Source of the DNA: Hypanus sabinus
Taxonomy: Eukaryota
Direction: 5' to 3'
DNA length: 64,000 nt
NCBI RefSeq assembly: GCF_030144855.1
Contig: NC_082736.1
Coordinates: 25,482,001 to 25,546,000 of the forward strand
A model generated the notes under the pieces. It saw nothing but the letters and a program-made list of their open reading frames with translations. It did not search any database and was not told the origin of the DNA. Shown here one piece after another: positions 26,252-39,058 of the stretch (the stretch's first letter is position 1; every line of letters begins with the position of its first letter). Position numbers and translations under genes: made by a program.

Positions 26252-27457
26252 TTTTGAAGATCTTTTCATTGATAATTGCTTCGCTTCTTTTCAGCAGCTC
26301 TCTGTTAAGTTCAATCTGCCCAATGCTCATTTTTTCAGATATCTCCAAATCCGACACTTTATTGCTCCTTTAATTCCTAACTTTCCTGAAATGCCTGCGA
26401 AAAATGCTATGGATGGACCTATTTCTTTCCATGAACCCACTAGGTAAGGGCTTAATACCAATCATCCGAGATAAACTAGCAGCCTTACGACGGGCCCCCA
26501 GGGATAAAATCAAAATGGCCTGGGAGCAGGATTTAAATATCTCCTTATCTGAGGAGAGCTGGGATTCAGTTCTCAAATCGGTTAACTCAACCTCTCTTTG
26601 TGCTCGCCACTGCCTTTTACAGTTTAAGATTGTTCATAGAGCCCATTTGTCTAAATCTAAACTATCTTGATTCTACCCTAGTGTTAGTCCGCTCTGTGAT
26701 AAATGCAAGAGGGGCGTGGCCTCTCTCATCCATATGTACTGGTTCTGTCCTAGCTTGGAGAAATTCTGGAAAGATGTCTTCACTACGTTATCGTGTATTC
26801 TGAATCAGCACCTAGAACCAAACCCCTTAATTGCTCTGTTCGGTTTTTGGGGCGAGGCAGATTTATGTCTGGGTCCGACCAAATGCCGAATATTATCCTT
26901 TGCCTCTCTCCTGGCTAGACGCTTGATCCTCCTCAGATGGAGAGATGCTGCCCCGCCCACTCATGCTCAATGGCTTAACGACATCATGGCCTGTTTGGAC
27001 CTCGAAAAAATTCATTATTCAGTTCTCAATTCGGATCTAAAGTTCCATAAGGTCCGGGAACCTTTTATCGAGTACTTTCATAACCTTCCTCTTGACTAGG
27101 GTTTTTTTTTCTTTTCGGTCCCTTGCTTTCAGCTCCTTTTTTTTCTGGTAGAAGGCATTATTATCCTCTGTTGCTGAGTGTATTCACAGTCTGGGAGTTT
27201 GGCTGTCCTGACTTATACTCTCTGTATTGTGTTGTGGTTGGTCTGGAGTTGCTGTTGTTGTTTCTTGTGTTGTGGGGCTTGGGGAGGACACTAAGCTTAC
27301 TTGTCTTTAATTTAGGTGTTTTTTTGTTAAATTCTCTTCCTTTGTAGCATATTGTTATTGTCTGCTTAATTTTGCACTGTTTTAATGTTCCTCATTGGGA
27401 TTTGGGGTTTTTAATTTGTAAAATGTTTTGAAAAACTAATAAAAAAAATTAAAAAAA
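26252..27457 (+). mobile_element. 5'-truncated L1-clade LINE with poly(A) tail and 13-bp TSD
   Basis: ORF2 C-terminus (HFFRYLQIRHF, LLQFKIVHRAH, CDKC..LIHMYWFCP zinc knuckle), aataaa plus A tail, TSD aaagacaccccaa at 26239-26251 and 27458-27470, TT/AAA target. Confidence 0.93.
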
Positions 27458-27664
27458 AAAGACACCCCAAAATCACCCCGTGCATGTCCAGGTGGGGTCA
27501 GAGCGCTTGGAGAGGGACAGCTCAAAGTCTGTGGCGAAAACTCAAACACTTTTGTGTTTGTGATGGACTTCACTAGGAGCAGATCACCCTCGGGGGTAGT
27601 GTCGTGATCGGCACAATGCTTCACCGGGATTCAATTCCTACCGCTGCTTGTAAGGAGTTTGTAC

Positions 27665-28105
27665 AGTACACACAAAACGCTGGAGGAACTCGGCAGGCCA
27701 GTTGACGGTTTGGGCCGAGACCCTTCGGCAGGACTGGAGAAAAGACGCTGAGTAGATTTAAAAGGTTGGGGGGAGTGGAGAGAGATGATAGGAGGGGGAG
27801 GGATGAAGTAAAGAGCTGGGAAGTTGATTGGTGAAAGACACAGAAGCCGTGGAAGGAAGCAAAGGGGGGAGGAGCACCAGAGGGAGGCGATGGGCGGGCA
27901 AAGAGATGAGGGGATGGGGAAACGGTGAGGTGGGGATGTTACCGGAGGTTCAAGGAATCAATGTTCATGCCGTCAAGTTGGAGGCCACCCAAATGGGACA
28001 CGAGGTGGTGCTCCTCCAACCTGAGTGTGGCCTCATCACGGAAGCAGAGGAGGCCACAGATGGGAATGGGAAGTGGAATTAAAATGGGCGGCCACTGGGA
28101 GATCC
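27665..28105 (-). mobile_element. Penelope-like element fragment
   Basis: [38 protein letters not shown]. Confidence 0.75.
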
Positions 28106-28551
28106 ACGGGGAGTTTGTACGCTCTCCCCTTGACCGCGTGGGTTTCCTCCGGGTGCTCTGGTTTCCTCCCACAGTCCAAAGACGTACCAGTCAGTAGGTT
28201 AATTGGTCACTGTAAATTATCCTGTGATTAGGGTTAAATTGGGCAGCGCGGCTCGAAGTGCTGATTCCGTGCCGTAGATCAATCAATAAATAAAAAGAAA
28301 CCAATCTGTCTGAAACATCCGAGGTCTCTGGCTGGGGATAAGGGAACTCCTCTGCCAGAGGAGAGAGGGGCACAAAAAGAGAGATGGGTGTGTGTGTGTG
28401 TCTATATGTATATGCACGCGCAGTCACTCCCAAGGAGAAGGAGGAATGTTCCCATCATCCCCTGCCTACTGCTGGGGGCTGGTTCATCCTGGGACCCCTT
28501 GCAGAACGTTACTCCTGCCTCTGGACAGTGAGAAGCGGGCGGGACACTCAC

Positions 28552-28587
28552 CTTTCGTGGCTCGCTGATTCCGAGAAGCTGGTGGGC
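28552..28587 (-). CDS. EIF1AD: EIF1AD small coding exon (36 nt)
   Basis: Pyrimidine tract then aag|G CCC ACC AGC TTC TCG GAA TCA GCG AGC CAC GAA AG|gtgagt = (W)PTSFSESASHE(S); phase 2/2 bridges its neighbours. Confidence 0.85.
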
Positions 28588-29828
28588 CTTGGTGGGGGGG
28601 AAGAGAAGAGAAATGGTCAGAGGTGAGGATGGTGCGGACCGTCGGGACCCCATCGCTGAACCCAGCCCAGTTTATAGTTTATCATAATTCTTCAGGGCCC
28701 AATGTGCAGGGGACCATCGGATACAGGAGCAGGATTAGGCCATCGGGTCCATGGAGTCTGCTCTGTGGTTTTACCCTGGCTGATCCATTTGCCCCAATCT
28801 CCTGCCTCCCCTGTATCCCTTTATGCCCTGTCTAATCACACATACATCGACCTCTGCCTTAAATATACCCAACGAGTTGGCCTCCACGGCCGCCTGTGGC
28901 AACAAATTCCTCAGATTCACCACTCTCTGGCTGAAGAAATTCCTCCTCATCTCTGTTCTAAAAGGACGCCCCTCTATTGTAAGCCTGTCGTCTGTGGTTC
29001 ACGACACCCACACCCCCCCCGAGCCCCCACCATCGGAAATCCATTCTAATGAGGCCTTTCAACATTAGGTCGGTTTGAATTAGATACCCCCTCACTGGAA
29101 TTCTGTACTCACTGGAATTTCAAACAATGAGGAGTGACCTCATTGAAACCTATCAAATGGGAAAGGCCTCAACAGAGTGGACATTTCCCGTGGTGGGAGA
29201 GTCTCGGACAGAGGACGCAGCCTCAGAATAGAGGGATGTACTTTTTTAATAGCAATCTTTAGTCAGGGAGTGGTGAATCTCTGGAATTCGATATGCCACA
29301 GATGGCTGTGGAGGCCAAGTCATTAAGGCGGAGGCTGATAATTTCTTGATTGGTCAGCGCATGAAGGGATACAGGCAGAAGGCAGGAGACTGGGGGCTGA
29401 GAGGGAAATGGATCAGCCATGATGGAATGGTAGAGCAGACTCGATGGGCCAAATGGCCTATTTCTGCCCCTGTATCTTATGGTTTTAACGTCTTGAACGG
29501 CAGACGTCAGTGATAATAAACCTCTTGCCTCCCACTGTCCCGGTAGCAAAACCTGTCCACCCTCCTGAACGACCTTCCACAGTCCCGCAGCAATCCTGAT
29601 CACAAAACAACTCGCGATCCTCCGTCTCCTCCCACTCTGACCCCCAAATCTCCCACCTCCTCACTGTGAACGCTAAAGGACCCCATAATCCGCCCCCCAG
29701 GCTCCTCGGCTTGACCCCCAAACCTCGAGCCCTCCCTCCGCACAATCCCGATTCTCCCCAACCCTTGGGGACGATAACCCCCGAATCCCGTCCCGGCCCT
29801 CCGCGGAGAGAGGAGGGGATAGTCCTAC

Positions 29829-29937
29829 CATGCTCCTTGCTGCTGCAGCTCTTTGATGTGCTCCTTGTACAGGATGGAGGCGATCTCCGCTTTCACCTTC
29901 TCCCCCTCCTCGATCGGGTCGACGATCAGGAAGTCCC
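29829..29937 (-). CDS. EIF1AD: EIF1AD coding exon
   Basis: cag|...|gtagga; (G)[35 protein letters not shown](W). Confidence 0.96.
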
Positions 29938-30029
29938 CTGAGCAGAGAGTTCGGAGCGGGCGGTCAGAGACCAGGCACTCGCCGGCAAAGCGAGGGGGCA
30001 GGTACGACAACGAGACCTCTTTCCCACCC

Positions 30030-30790
30030 CGGAGTTATATAGCCATATACCAATTACAGCACGGAAACAGGCCATCTCAGCCCTTCTAGACCGTGCCGAA
30101 CGCTTACTCTCACCTAGTCCCACCAACCTGCAATCAGCCCATAACCCTCCATTCCTTTCCTGTCCATATACCGATCCAATTTTACTTTAAATGACAATAT
30201 CGAACCTGCCTCTACCACTTCTACTGGAAGCTCATTCCACACAGCTACCACTCTCCGAGTAAGGAAATTGCCCCTCATGTTACCCCTAAACTTTTGCCCC
30301 TTAGCTCTCAACTCATGTCCACTTGTATGAATCTCCCCTACTCTCAATGGAAAAAGCCTATCCACATCAACTCTATCTATCCCCCTCATCATTTTAAATA
30401 CCTCTATCAAGTCCCCCCTCAACATTCTACACTCCAAAGAATAAAGACCTAACTTGTTCAACCTTTCTCTGTAACCTAGGTGCTGAAACCCAGGTTAACG
30501 TTCTAGTAAATCTCCTCTGTACTCTCTCTATTTTGTTGACATCTTTCCTATAATTTGGTGAACCAGCACAGTACACAATACTCCAAATTTGGCCTCACCA
30601 ATAATGCCTTGTACAATTTTAACATTACATCCCAACTCCTATAACTCAGTGCTCTGATTTATAAAGGCCAACACACCAAAAACTTTCTACACCACCCTAT
30701 CCATGTGAGATTCCACATTTAAGGAACTATGCACCATTATTCCTAGATCATTCTGTTCTACTGCGTTCAATGCTCTACCATTTAGCTGTG
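30030..30790 (-). mobile_element. CR1 LINE 3' fragment
   Basis: ORF 30114-30461 LGLYSLECRMLRGDLIEVFK...WNELPVEVVEAGS. Confidence 0.9.
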
Positions 30791-30959
30791 ATCGTACAGC
30801 CCACGGCAAGGAGAGGGGCCACTTCAGTACCTCCAGGGAGTGGAGAGAGGGCTGATTCAGGTCGGTGGGCTCACCATTCCCCCCCCCCAACCCCTCCCTT
30901 GCCCCTTCACTCCACAGTTTCAGCAGCCTATGCTCCTCATGGGGCAGTGCATACCCCAC

Positions 30960-31850
30960 TGCACTGTAGGCTACGAGGGGACACTGATAGGGTGCAGAGC
31001 TGGGCTGAGAAGTGGCAGACTGAGCTTAGTGAGGGGGAAAAGCAAAGCGATTCACTCCGGAAGGTCAAACTTTAAGGCAGAGCAGCGGGTGAGTGGAAGA
31101 CTCTCAACGGTGTGGAGGATCCTAGGGTATCATATCCTGAAAGCTGCCACACGAGGTAGTTAAGAAGGCGTACGGTGTGTTGGCCTTCATTGAGTTCGAG
31201 AGCCGAGAGGTAACTTTGCAGCTCTATAAAACCCTGGCTTGACCATACTGGGATATTGTGTTCAATTCTGGTCGCCCCATTACAGGAAGGATGTGGAAAC
31301 TTTAGAGAGGATGCAGAAGAGATTTACCAGGATGCTGCCGGGATTAGAGAAGGTGCAGAGGAGATTCACCAGGATGCTGTCTGGATTAGAGAAGGTGCAG
31401 AGGAGATTCACCAGGATGCTGCCTGGATTAGAGAGGGTGCAGAGGAGATTCACCAGGATGCTGCCTGGATTAGAGAGGATGCAGAGGAGATTCACCAGGA
31501 TGCTGCCGGGATTAGAGAAGGTGCAGAGGAGATTCACCAGGATGCATTAGAGAGAATGTTTTATGAGGAGAGGTTGAACAAGCAAGGGCTACTCTCTTTG
31601 GAGTGGAGGAAGCTGGGAGGCAACTTGAGAAGGTGATAAGAGTGGACGTATTCTTCAGGGTGGCTCTGGCCAATAAGAGACGGTACCATTTTGGAGGAAA
31701 GTACCGAGGGGATGTTAGAGGTTTCTACACAGAGTGTTATGTGTGTGGAACACATTGCCAGGAGTGGGTGGCAGAGGCAGATACTTTAGGGACATTTAAA
31801 GGACTCTTTGATAGGCGCATGAATGAAAGAAAAAGTGAGGGCTGTCTGGG
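30960..31850 (+). mobile_element. CR1 LINE 3' fragment with an internal 42-bp x6 tandem amplification (31302-31545)
   Basis: YCVQFWSPHYRKDVET followed by (LEKVQRRFTRMLPG)x6. Confidence 0.88.
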
Positions 31851-33677
31851 AGTGAAACTCCCTCCACACTGTCCCGTCACGCACTCCCGGGGTCAGACAC
31901 AGAGTGAATCTCCCACCACACCGTCCCATCACACACTCCCGGGGTCAGACACAGAGTGAAACTCCCTCCACACCGTCCCATCACACACTCCCGGGGTCAG
32001 ACACAGAGTGAATCTCTCTCCGCACCGTGCCATCACACACTCCCGGGGTCAGACACAGAATGAAGCTCCCTCCACACCGTCCCATCACACACTCCCGGGG
32101 TCAGACACAGAGTGAATCTCCCTCCACACTGTCCCTTCACACACTCCCAGGGTCAGACACAGAGTGAAGCTCCCTCCACACCGTCCCATCACACACTCCC
32201 GGGGTCAGACACAGAGTGAAACTCCCTCCACACCGTCCCATCACACACTCCCGGGGTCAGACACAGAGTGAATCTCTCTCCACACCGTGCCATCACACAC
32301 TCCCGGGGTCAGACACAGAGTGAAGCTCCCTCCACACCGTCCCATCACACACTCCCGGGGTCAGACACAGAGTGAATCTCCCTCCACACCGTCCCATCAC
32401 ACACTCCCGGGGTCAGACACAGAGTGAAGCTCCCTCCACACCGTCCCATCACACACTCCCGGGGTCAGACACAGAGTGAATCTCTCTCTCCACACCGTCC
32501 CATCACACACTCCCGGGGTCAGACACAGAGTGAATCTCTCTCCACACCGTGCCATCACACACTCCCGGGGTCAGACACAGAGTGAAGCTCCCTCCACACC
32601 GTCCCATCACACACTCCCGGGGTCAGACACAGAGTGAATCTCTCTCCACACCGTGCCATCACACACTCCCGGGGTCAGACACAGAGTGAAGCTCCCTCCA
32701 CACCGTCCCATCACACACTCCCGGGGTCAGACACAGAGTGAAGCTCCCTCCACACTGTCCCGTCACGCACTCCCGGGGTCAGACACAGAGTGAAGCTCCC
32801 TCCACACCATCCCATCACACACTCCCGGGGTCAGACACAGAGTGAAGCTCCCTCCACACCGTCCCATCACACACTCCCGGGGTCAGACACAGAGTGAATC
32901 TCCCTGCACACCGTCCCATCACACACTGCCGGGGTCAGACACAGAGCAAAGCTCCCTCAACACCGTCCCATCACACACTCCCGGGGTCAGACACAGAGTG
33001 AAGCTCCCTCCACACCGTCCCATCACACACTCCCGGGGTCAGACACAGAGTGAATCTCCCTGCACACCGTCCCATCACACACTGCCGGGGTCAGACACAG
33101 AGCAAAGCTCCCTCAACACCATTCCATCACACACTCCCGGGGTCAGACACAGAGTGAAGCTCCTTCCACACCGTCCCATCACACATTCCCGGGGTCAGAC
33201 ACAGAGTGAATCTCCCTCCACACCGTCCCATCACACACTCCCGGGGTCAGACACTGAGTGAATCTCTCTCCACACCGTCCCATCACACACTCCCGGGGTC
33301 AGACACAGAGTGAAACTCCCTCCGCACCGTCCCATCACTCACTCCCGGGGTCAGACACAGAGTGAAGCTCCCTCCACACCGCCCCATCACACACTCCCTA
33401 GGGTCAGACACAGTGAAGCTCCCTCCACACTGTCCCATCACACACTCCCAGGGTCAGACACAGAGTAAAGCTCCCTCCACACCGTCCCATCACACACTCC
33501 CGGGGTCAGACACAGAGTGAATCTCCCTCCACACCGCCCCATCACACACTCCCGGGGTCAGACACAGAGTGAATCTCCCTCTACACCGTCCCATCATACA
33601 CTCCCGGGGTTAGACACAGTGAAGCTCCCTCCACACCGTCCCATAACACACTCCCGGGGTCAGACACAGAGTGAAGC
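31850..33677. repeat. 52-bp tandem satellite, ~35 units, in an EIF1AD intron
   Basis: Unit gtgaagctccctccacaccgtcccatcacacactcccggggtcagacacaga, head-to-tail with no spacers. Confidence 0.97.
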
Positions 33678-33788
33678 CAATGAATTATTTTCCTCTCTCT
33701 GCATCCCTATCAATCCATTCCTTCCAAAACCCTTAAACCAGCTTGGTATTCCTGCCTCGACGAGGAAGGGGGACTGCCCTTCCCTCAC

Positions 33789-33897
33789 CTCGCTTGATCC
33801 AGATGTTCTTGCGGAACTTGGTGGGCATGCTGGCGAGGAAGCGCTCTCCCTGTGCCGTCTCCACCTCGTGCAGGTTGTTTCCTGGCGTTCCCACCAC
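33789..33897 (-). CDS. EIF1AD: EIF1AD coding exon (S1/eIF1A-like OB fold)
   Basis: ttccag|...|gtgagg; [36 protein letters not shown](G). Confidence 0.97.
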
Positions 33898-34599
33898 CTG
33901 GAAGGAGAGGAGACAGGACAGGATTCAGCCTCAATCCGGGTTCGGTCACTGTCACATCCAACAAGCCTCTGCCCGGCTTGAGAAGGGACAGGGGTCGTGC
34001 ACACAGACGGCCACCTTTGGGGAAACTAAAGACACACTCTCACAAACACACTCACTCACTCTCACACATACACACACACACAGACACACTCACAATCACT
34101 CAGACACACACACACTCTCTCTCACACTCAGACACACACTCCAAAGGCATATGGGTCAGGGTTAGTGAGCCGTGGGCACACTATTCCCAGTCGAATCCTC
34201 GGTGATTTGATTTGATACAAGACGACTCAGTTCACTGTCTGCTTTGATGTATGCGTGATAGATAAGAGCAACATAATTCACCTAATCCACTGACTGGTTT
34301 GCAACGGTCACCATGGCAATTAGACATGCCCGTCTGTTTAACTAATACCCCAGAGAGCAAAAAGTCTTCATTCCAGTTGTGGGGCTGATAGTTAAATACC
34401 CCCGAAAGTGGCAGTCATATGGAAGGGAACAGGCCACTCGGCCCACTGAATCCGTGATGACCCATTTACACAAATCCCATTTCATTCTCCCCTCACTCAC
34501 CTCAACTCTCCTGGGTTCCACCTCCTCACTCACATGCTGGGGAGGGGACTTAGCCCACACACCTGGTAGACCTCACCAATGGACGAGAGAGCTCACCAT

Positions 34600-35185
34600 A
34601 CCAGCCGTCTCTATTTCCTGAGGAGACTGAGGTCCTTTAACATCTGCCGGACGATGCTGAGGATGTTCTACGAGTCTGTGGTGGCCAGTGCTATTGTGGC
34701 CACGTTTGCTGTTGTGTGCTGGGGCAGCAGGCTGAGGGCAGCAGACACCAACAGAATCAACAAACTCATTCGTAAGGCCAGTGATGTTGTGGGGGTGGAA
34801 CTGGACTCTCTGACAGTGGTGTCTGAAAAGAGGATGCTGTCCAAGTTGCATGCCATCTTGGACAATGACTCCCATCCACTCCATACTGTACTGGTTAGGC
34901 ACAGGAGTACATTCAGCCAGAGACTCATTCCACCGAGATGCAACACTGAGCGTCATAGGAAGTCATTCCTGCCTGTGGCCATCAAACTTTACAACTCCTC
35001 CCTCGGAGTGTCAGACACCCTGAGCCAATAGGCTGGTCCTGGACTTATTTTCACTGGGTATGATTAACTAATTATTATTTAATTACTTATGGTTTTATAT
35101 CGCTATATTTCTTCACTATTCTCGGTTGGTGCAGCTGTAACGAAACCCAGTTTCCCTCGGGATCAATAAAGTATGTCCGTCTATC
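34600..35185 (+). mobile_element. Rex1/Babar-like LINE 3' fragment
   Basis: SRLYFLRRLRSFNICRTMLRMFYESVVASAI...SFLPVAIKLYN; tail gatcaataaagtatgtc. Confidence 0.85.
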
Positions 35186-36254
35186 ATATGGAGATCCAGC
35201 ATGGAAACAAGCCATTCAGCCCATCGAGACTGTGTTGACCACCCAGTTACACCAAACTTACATCAATCCTCCGCACACCCGACACACACTGGGAGAAATT
35301 TACAGACGCCAGTTAATGCAGCAACCGGTAAGTCCCTGTTTTTTACCTTCTTTTTTACATCTGCCCTGCTTTTACCTTCTGTTCTCTGGCGATTTGTTAC
35401 GGGTTTGGTAAGTGGAACAGAAGGCACTGATTATGAATGAGCACGTTTACTATTGTTGGAAAACACATTTAAAAAAAAATTATTCAACACACACAAAACG
35501 CTAGAGGAACTCAGCAGGCCGGGCAGCATCTACGGAAAAGAGTCGACAGTCAGTGTTTCTGCCCGAGCCCCTCCGTCAGGACCCTGACTCATTTATTTTT
35601 TCCCCTGTCCTGATGAAGGGTCTCGGCATATTCCTCGGTGATATTAGACCAGGAGACATAGGAGTATTAAACCTGATTCTGAAATTCCGAGCAGCAAACC
35701 CATCCTTGGGTTGAAGATGGAACAGGACCCCTTTGTCTGATCAGATTAACCCAGATCGAGCAATGAACCAGATGTGAATCCCATGCAGTTAATGCAATAA
35801 GAAATAATCAGATTAGTTGGAGCTAAAGTAGTTCAGTTATGCACGAGTGGAAACAGGAATGGACGCGGTACCTCATGCATCACCAAAGACCGGCTCCGAA
35901 TTCAGGTAGGTTACAGATCTGAAGGCACGGGAGATCTACCTGTCTGTATCGGCGTTCCTAAGGTCAAGCTCATCTCACAGCAGGTAACACTGACCATTGT
36001 TCTAACCAGCGAGAGACCGAGCGCTGAGGGATGGCAAGGGGTGGGGGGTAGGGGNNNNNNNNNNNNNNNNNNNNNNNNNNNNNNNNNNNNNNNNNNNNNN
36101 NNNNNNNNNNNNNNNNNNNNNNNNNNNNNNNNNNNNNNNNNNNNNNNNNNNNNNNNNNNNNNNNNNNNNNNNNNNNNNNNNNNNNNNNNNNNNNNNNNNN
36201 NNNNNNNNNNNNNNNNNNAACAACAACAGCTGTACCAAGATCTGGCCTTCTTAC

Positions 36255-36341
36255 CCGCACGATCTGCTGCTTCTCCGAGGGGGGCGGGTAATAGCCCAAC
36301 ACCTCCTTCACCACATGCTTCCTCTTGGTGGCCTGCGACAT
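36255..36341 (-). CDS. EIF1AD: EIF1AD first coding exon (the exon extends to an acceptor at 36381)
   Basis: [29 protein letters not shown]|gtaaga; upstream cactaac branch site and ccacag acceptor; the five coding exons total 507 nt = 168 aa + stop. Confidence 0.97.
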
Positions 36342-37278
36342 CTCGGGCGCTGGCCGAGCTCAGCTCAGAGTGTGGACGAACCTGTGGCCGGAGGGCAGCA
36401 CAAAGTTAGTGGAGGCGGGGCGACCCAGCAGCACTGCAAGTTTTGTTTGGGTGGTCCCAAACCCCTCCCCCCCCACGTGAAGGGAAAGTCACAGGCGCCA
36501 GGGAGCACGACTCTCTGACCGCTCAGAGTTCAAACGTGGTGTCATCTATTGTACACCTTCCTACGAGTGCACGGGGGTCCTGAGGGTGCTCGAGTTTCTT
36601 CCCACATTCCAGAAAGGTTTAAATTGTCCCCTAGGTGAGTCACTGGATGGTACGGCTCATTGGAACGCAAGGGTGGGTTCTGCACTGTATCCCCAAATAA
36701 ATAAATAATGACAACTTTCTAACGACTTGGTCGAATATATCGTGCCACTCCCAACAACATCTCTCAAAATGCAGTTTTGAGCCTGGACTGTCGAAGAGGA
36801 GGCGGAACTCAGGGCCAGGTGGCTCAAAGGGAGGGAATATGCATGCAACCTTCAGGGAGGCTGCTTTTGAGCTTTTTCCTCCACCTTCCTCATTTGAGGG
36901 AATGAGGAGGATGGAGTGCTATAGTCACCGGACCCTCTCCCCCTCAGCGCCCAGAGATGCCGGGTCCAATCTCAGGAGCCGCCTGTGTGGAGTTTCCGTG
37001 CTCCCCCCCCCCCCCCACGCCCCAAGTGATTGGGAGAGACACGTCCCGCGTCTGAAAGACACACAGGTCGGTGGGTTAACTGTGTGGGTGAGGGGTTAAA
37101 TTTTGGGGGGGGGGGTTAATTTTAATTTTGTGAAGGTGGGGAGATTGAAATGAATCTTAACATAAGAGCTGCTCCACCATTCTGTCATGGCTGAAATACT
37201 GTCCCTCTCAATCCACTCACCTGTGATACACTTACTAATCGGGGACCTTTCAAACGCTTCTTTAAATACACCCAATGA

Positions 37279-37578
37279 TTATTTTGGGAGGCGCACTGAA
37301 GGAGGTGTGAGGCGCTCCTTCCCTTTGCTAACCTGCAGTTCACCCTTGGGCAAGGTGTAGCACCTACTTAGCCGCCCGATAAGGGTCATATGAAACCACG
37401 GGAGTAGGTGGTGAACCAGTGTAGACCACAAGTCCTGGATATGTGACCACTGACGCCAGGCAGACAATCTCTGAAGAGTATTGATAATGGATGGGGGTCA
37501 CCCGTCTGCCCAACAGAAGGCATGGCCACGGAAAGACCACGATCGGCCATGTCAAGCGACGGGGCACATAACGAATGA
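37279..37578 (+). mobile_element. SINE-like insertion splitting a CR1 fragment
   Basis: Discrete block ending acataacgaatgaat; the CR1 text (tttaaatacacccaatga ... cccacagattcaccaccctctg) continues on both sides. Confidence 0.55.
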
Positions 37579-37604
37579 ATCCCACAGATTCACCACCCTC
37601 TGTC

Positions 37605-38190
37605 CGGGCTGGGTCAGTCTGGCCCGGAGGGCCGAAGGGAAATCAACCCCCATCCCCTCGCTGCCGCCTCATCCCTCACCTGCCCCCTTCCGCCATGCTC
37701 CTTCAGCAGTACTTCCGGTCCATCCTCAATCGTCTTCCCACCTACTTCCGCCCCCAATACTAAACCCTTTCGGGACGGAGAGGAGGGGCTGCGGTTTTCC
37801 ACCTCAGACCCTAGTAATTATCGGGGAGGGTGAGAGAGGGAGCGGGGCAGGAGGAGTGAATGGAGGAAACGAAAAGGAAGGGGGCTGGAAGTTTCGCCGT
37901 CCGGAACGACTGATAGGCGCACACACACAGGGAGGCGGGGGAAGGGGAAGCTATAAAGCGGCGGACCGGCCGGCGATCGTGACCCAGAAGCAGTCGGTTG
38001 GCGGGATCGGAGGTGGGTGAGGAGGGAGCGTGGAGGAGCGCCCGGGGTTGCGGGATTCGAGGGAGCGTCTGCGGGGGGGTAGTTTGGTTGCAACCGGGGT
38101 GGTCGTAGATTAGGAGGGGCCGGTCGTGCCGGTGGGTGTAACGTGGACCTGGGCTGCGAGGCTTCCTTCCCCCTCCCTCCCTCCCTCTGT
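37605..38190. promoter_or_regulatory. Bidirectional CpG-rich EIF1AD/BANF1 promoter (P1) with non-coding first exons
   Basis: ETS acttccgg at 37711, YY1-like ccgccatg at 37690, GC boxes, TATAAA at 37952; minus-strand donor cag|gtgagg at 37680 (EIF1AD exon 1) and plus-strand donor ag|gtgggt at 38012 (BANF1 exon 1). Confidence 0.8.
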
Positions 38191-39058
38191 ACACCTCCCC
38201 CTCCTCTCCCCTTACACCATCCCCTCCCCCCTCCTCTCCCCTTACACCATCCCCTCCCCCTCCTCTCCCCTTACACCATCCCCCTCCCCCTCCTCTCCCC
38301 TTACACCATCCCCTCCCCCTCCTCTCCCCTTACACCATCCCCTCCCCCTCCTCTCCCCTTACACCATCCCCTCCCCCTCCTCTCCCCTTACACCATCCCC
38401 TCCCCCTCTCCCCTTACACCATCCCCTCCCCCTCCTCTCCCCTTACACCATCCCCTCCCCCTCCTCTCCCCTTACACCTTCCCCTCCCCCTCCTCTCCCC
38501 TTACACCATCCCCTCCCCCTCCTCTCCCCTTACACCATCCCCTCCCCCTCCTCTCCCCTTACACCTTCCCCTCCTCCTCCTCTCCCGTTACACCATCCCC
38601 TCCCCCTCCTCTCCCGTTACACCATCCCCTCCCCCTCCTCTCCCCTTACACCATCCCCTCCCCCTCCTCTCCCCTTACACCATCCCCCTCCCCCTCCTCT
38701 CCCCTTACACCATCCCCTCCCCCTCCTCTCCCCTTACACCATCCCCTCCCCCTCCTCTCCCCTTACACCATCCCCTCCCCCCTCCTCTCCCCTTACACCA
38801 TCCCCTCCCCCTCTCCCCTTACACCATCCCCTCCCCCTCCTCTCCCCTTACACCATCCCCTCCCCCTCCTCTCCCCTTACACCTTCCCCTCCCCCTCCTC
38901 TCCCCTTACACCATCCCCTCCCCCTCCTCTCCCCTTACACCATCCCCTCCCCCTCCTCTCCCCTTACACCTTCCCCTCCTCCTCCTCTCCCGTTACACCA
39001 TCCCCTCCCCCTCCTCTCCCCTTACACCTTCCCCTCGCCCTCCTCTCCCCGTACACCT
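38190..39058. repeat. 29-bp C-rich minisatellite (VNTR1) in BANF1 intron 1
   Basis: Unit ccccctcctctccccttacaccatcccct, ~30 copies. Confidence 0.95.

Noticed and set aside
26182-26357. N-terminal part of ORF 26016-26357 as EIF1AD coding sequence, or an L1 5' inversion
   Set aside because: The splice acceptor is at 26182-26184, and the upstream sequence reads as L1 ORF2 on the plus strand, continuous with the rest of the element
31850-33677. CRISPR-like regular repeat and its repetitive ORFs
   Set aside because: Head-to-tail satellite with no unique spacers, no cas genes and a vertebrate intronic context
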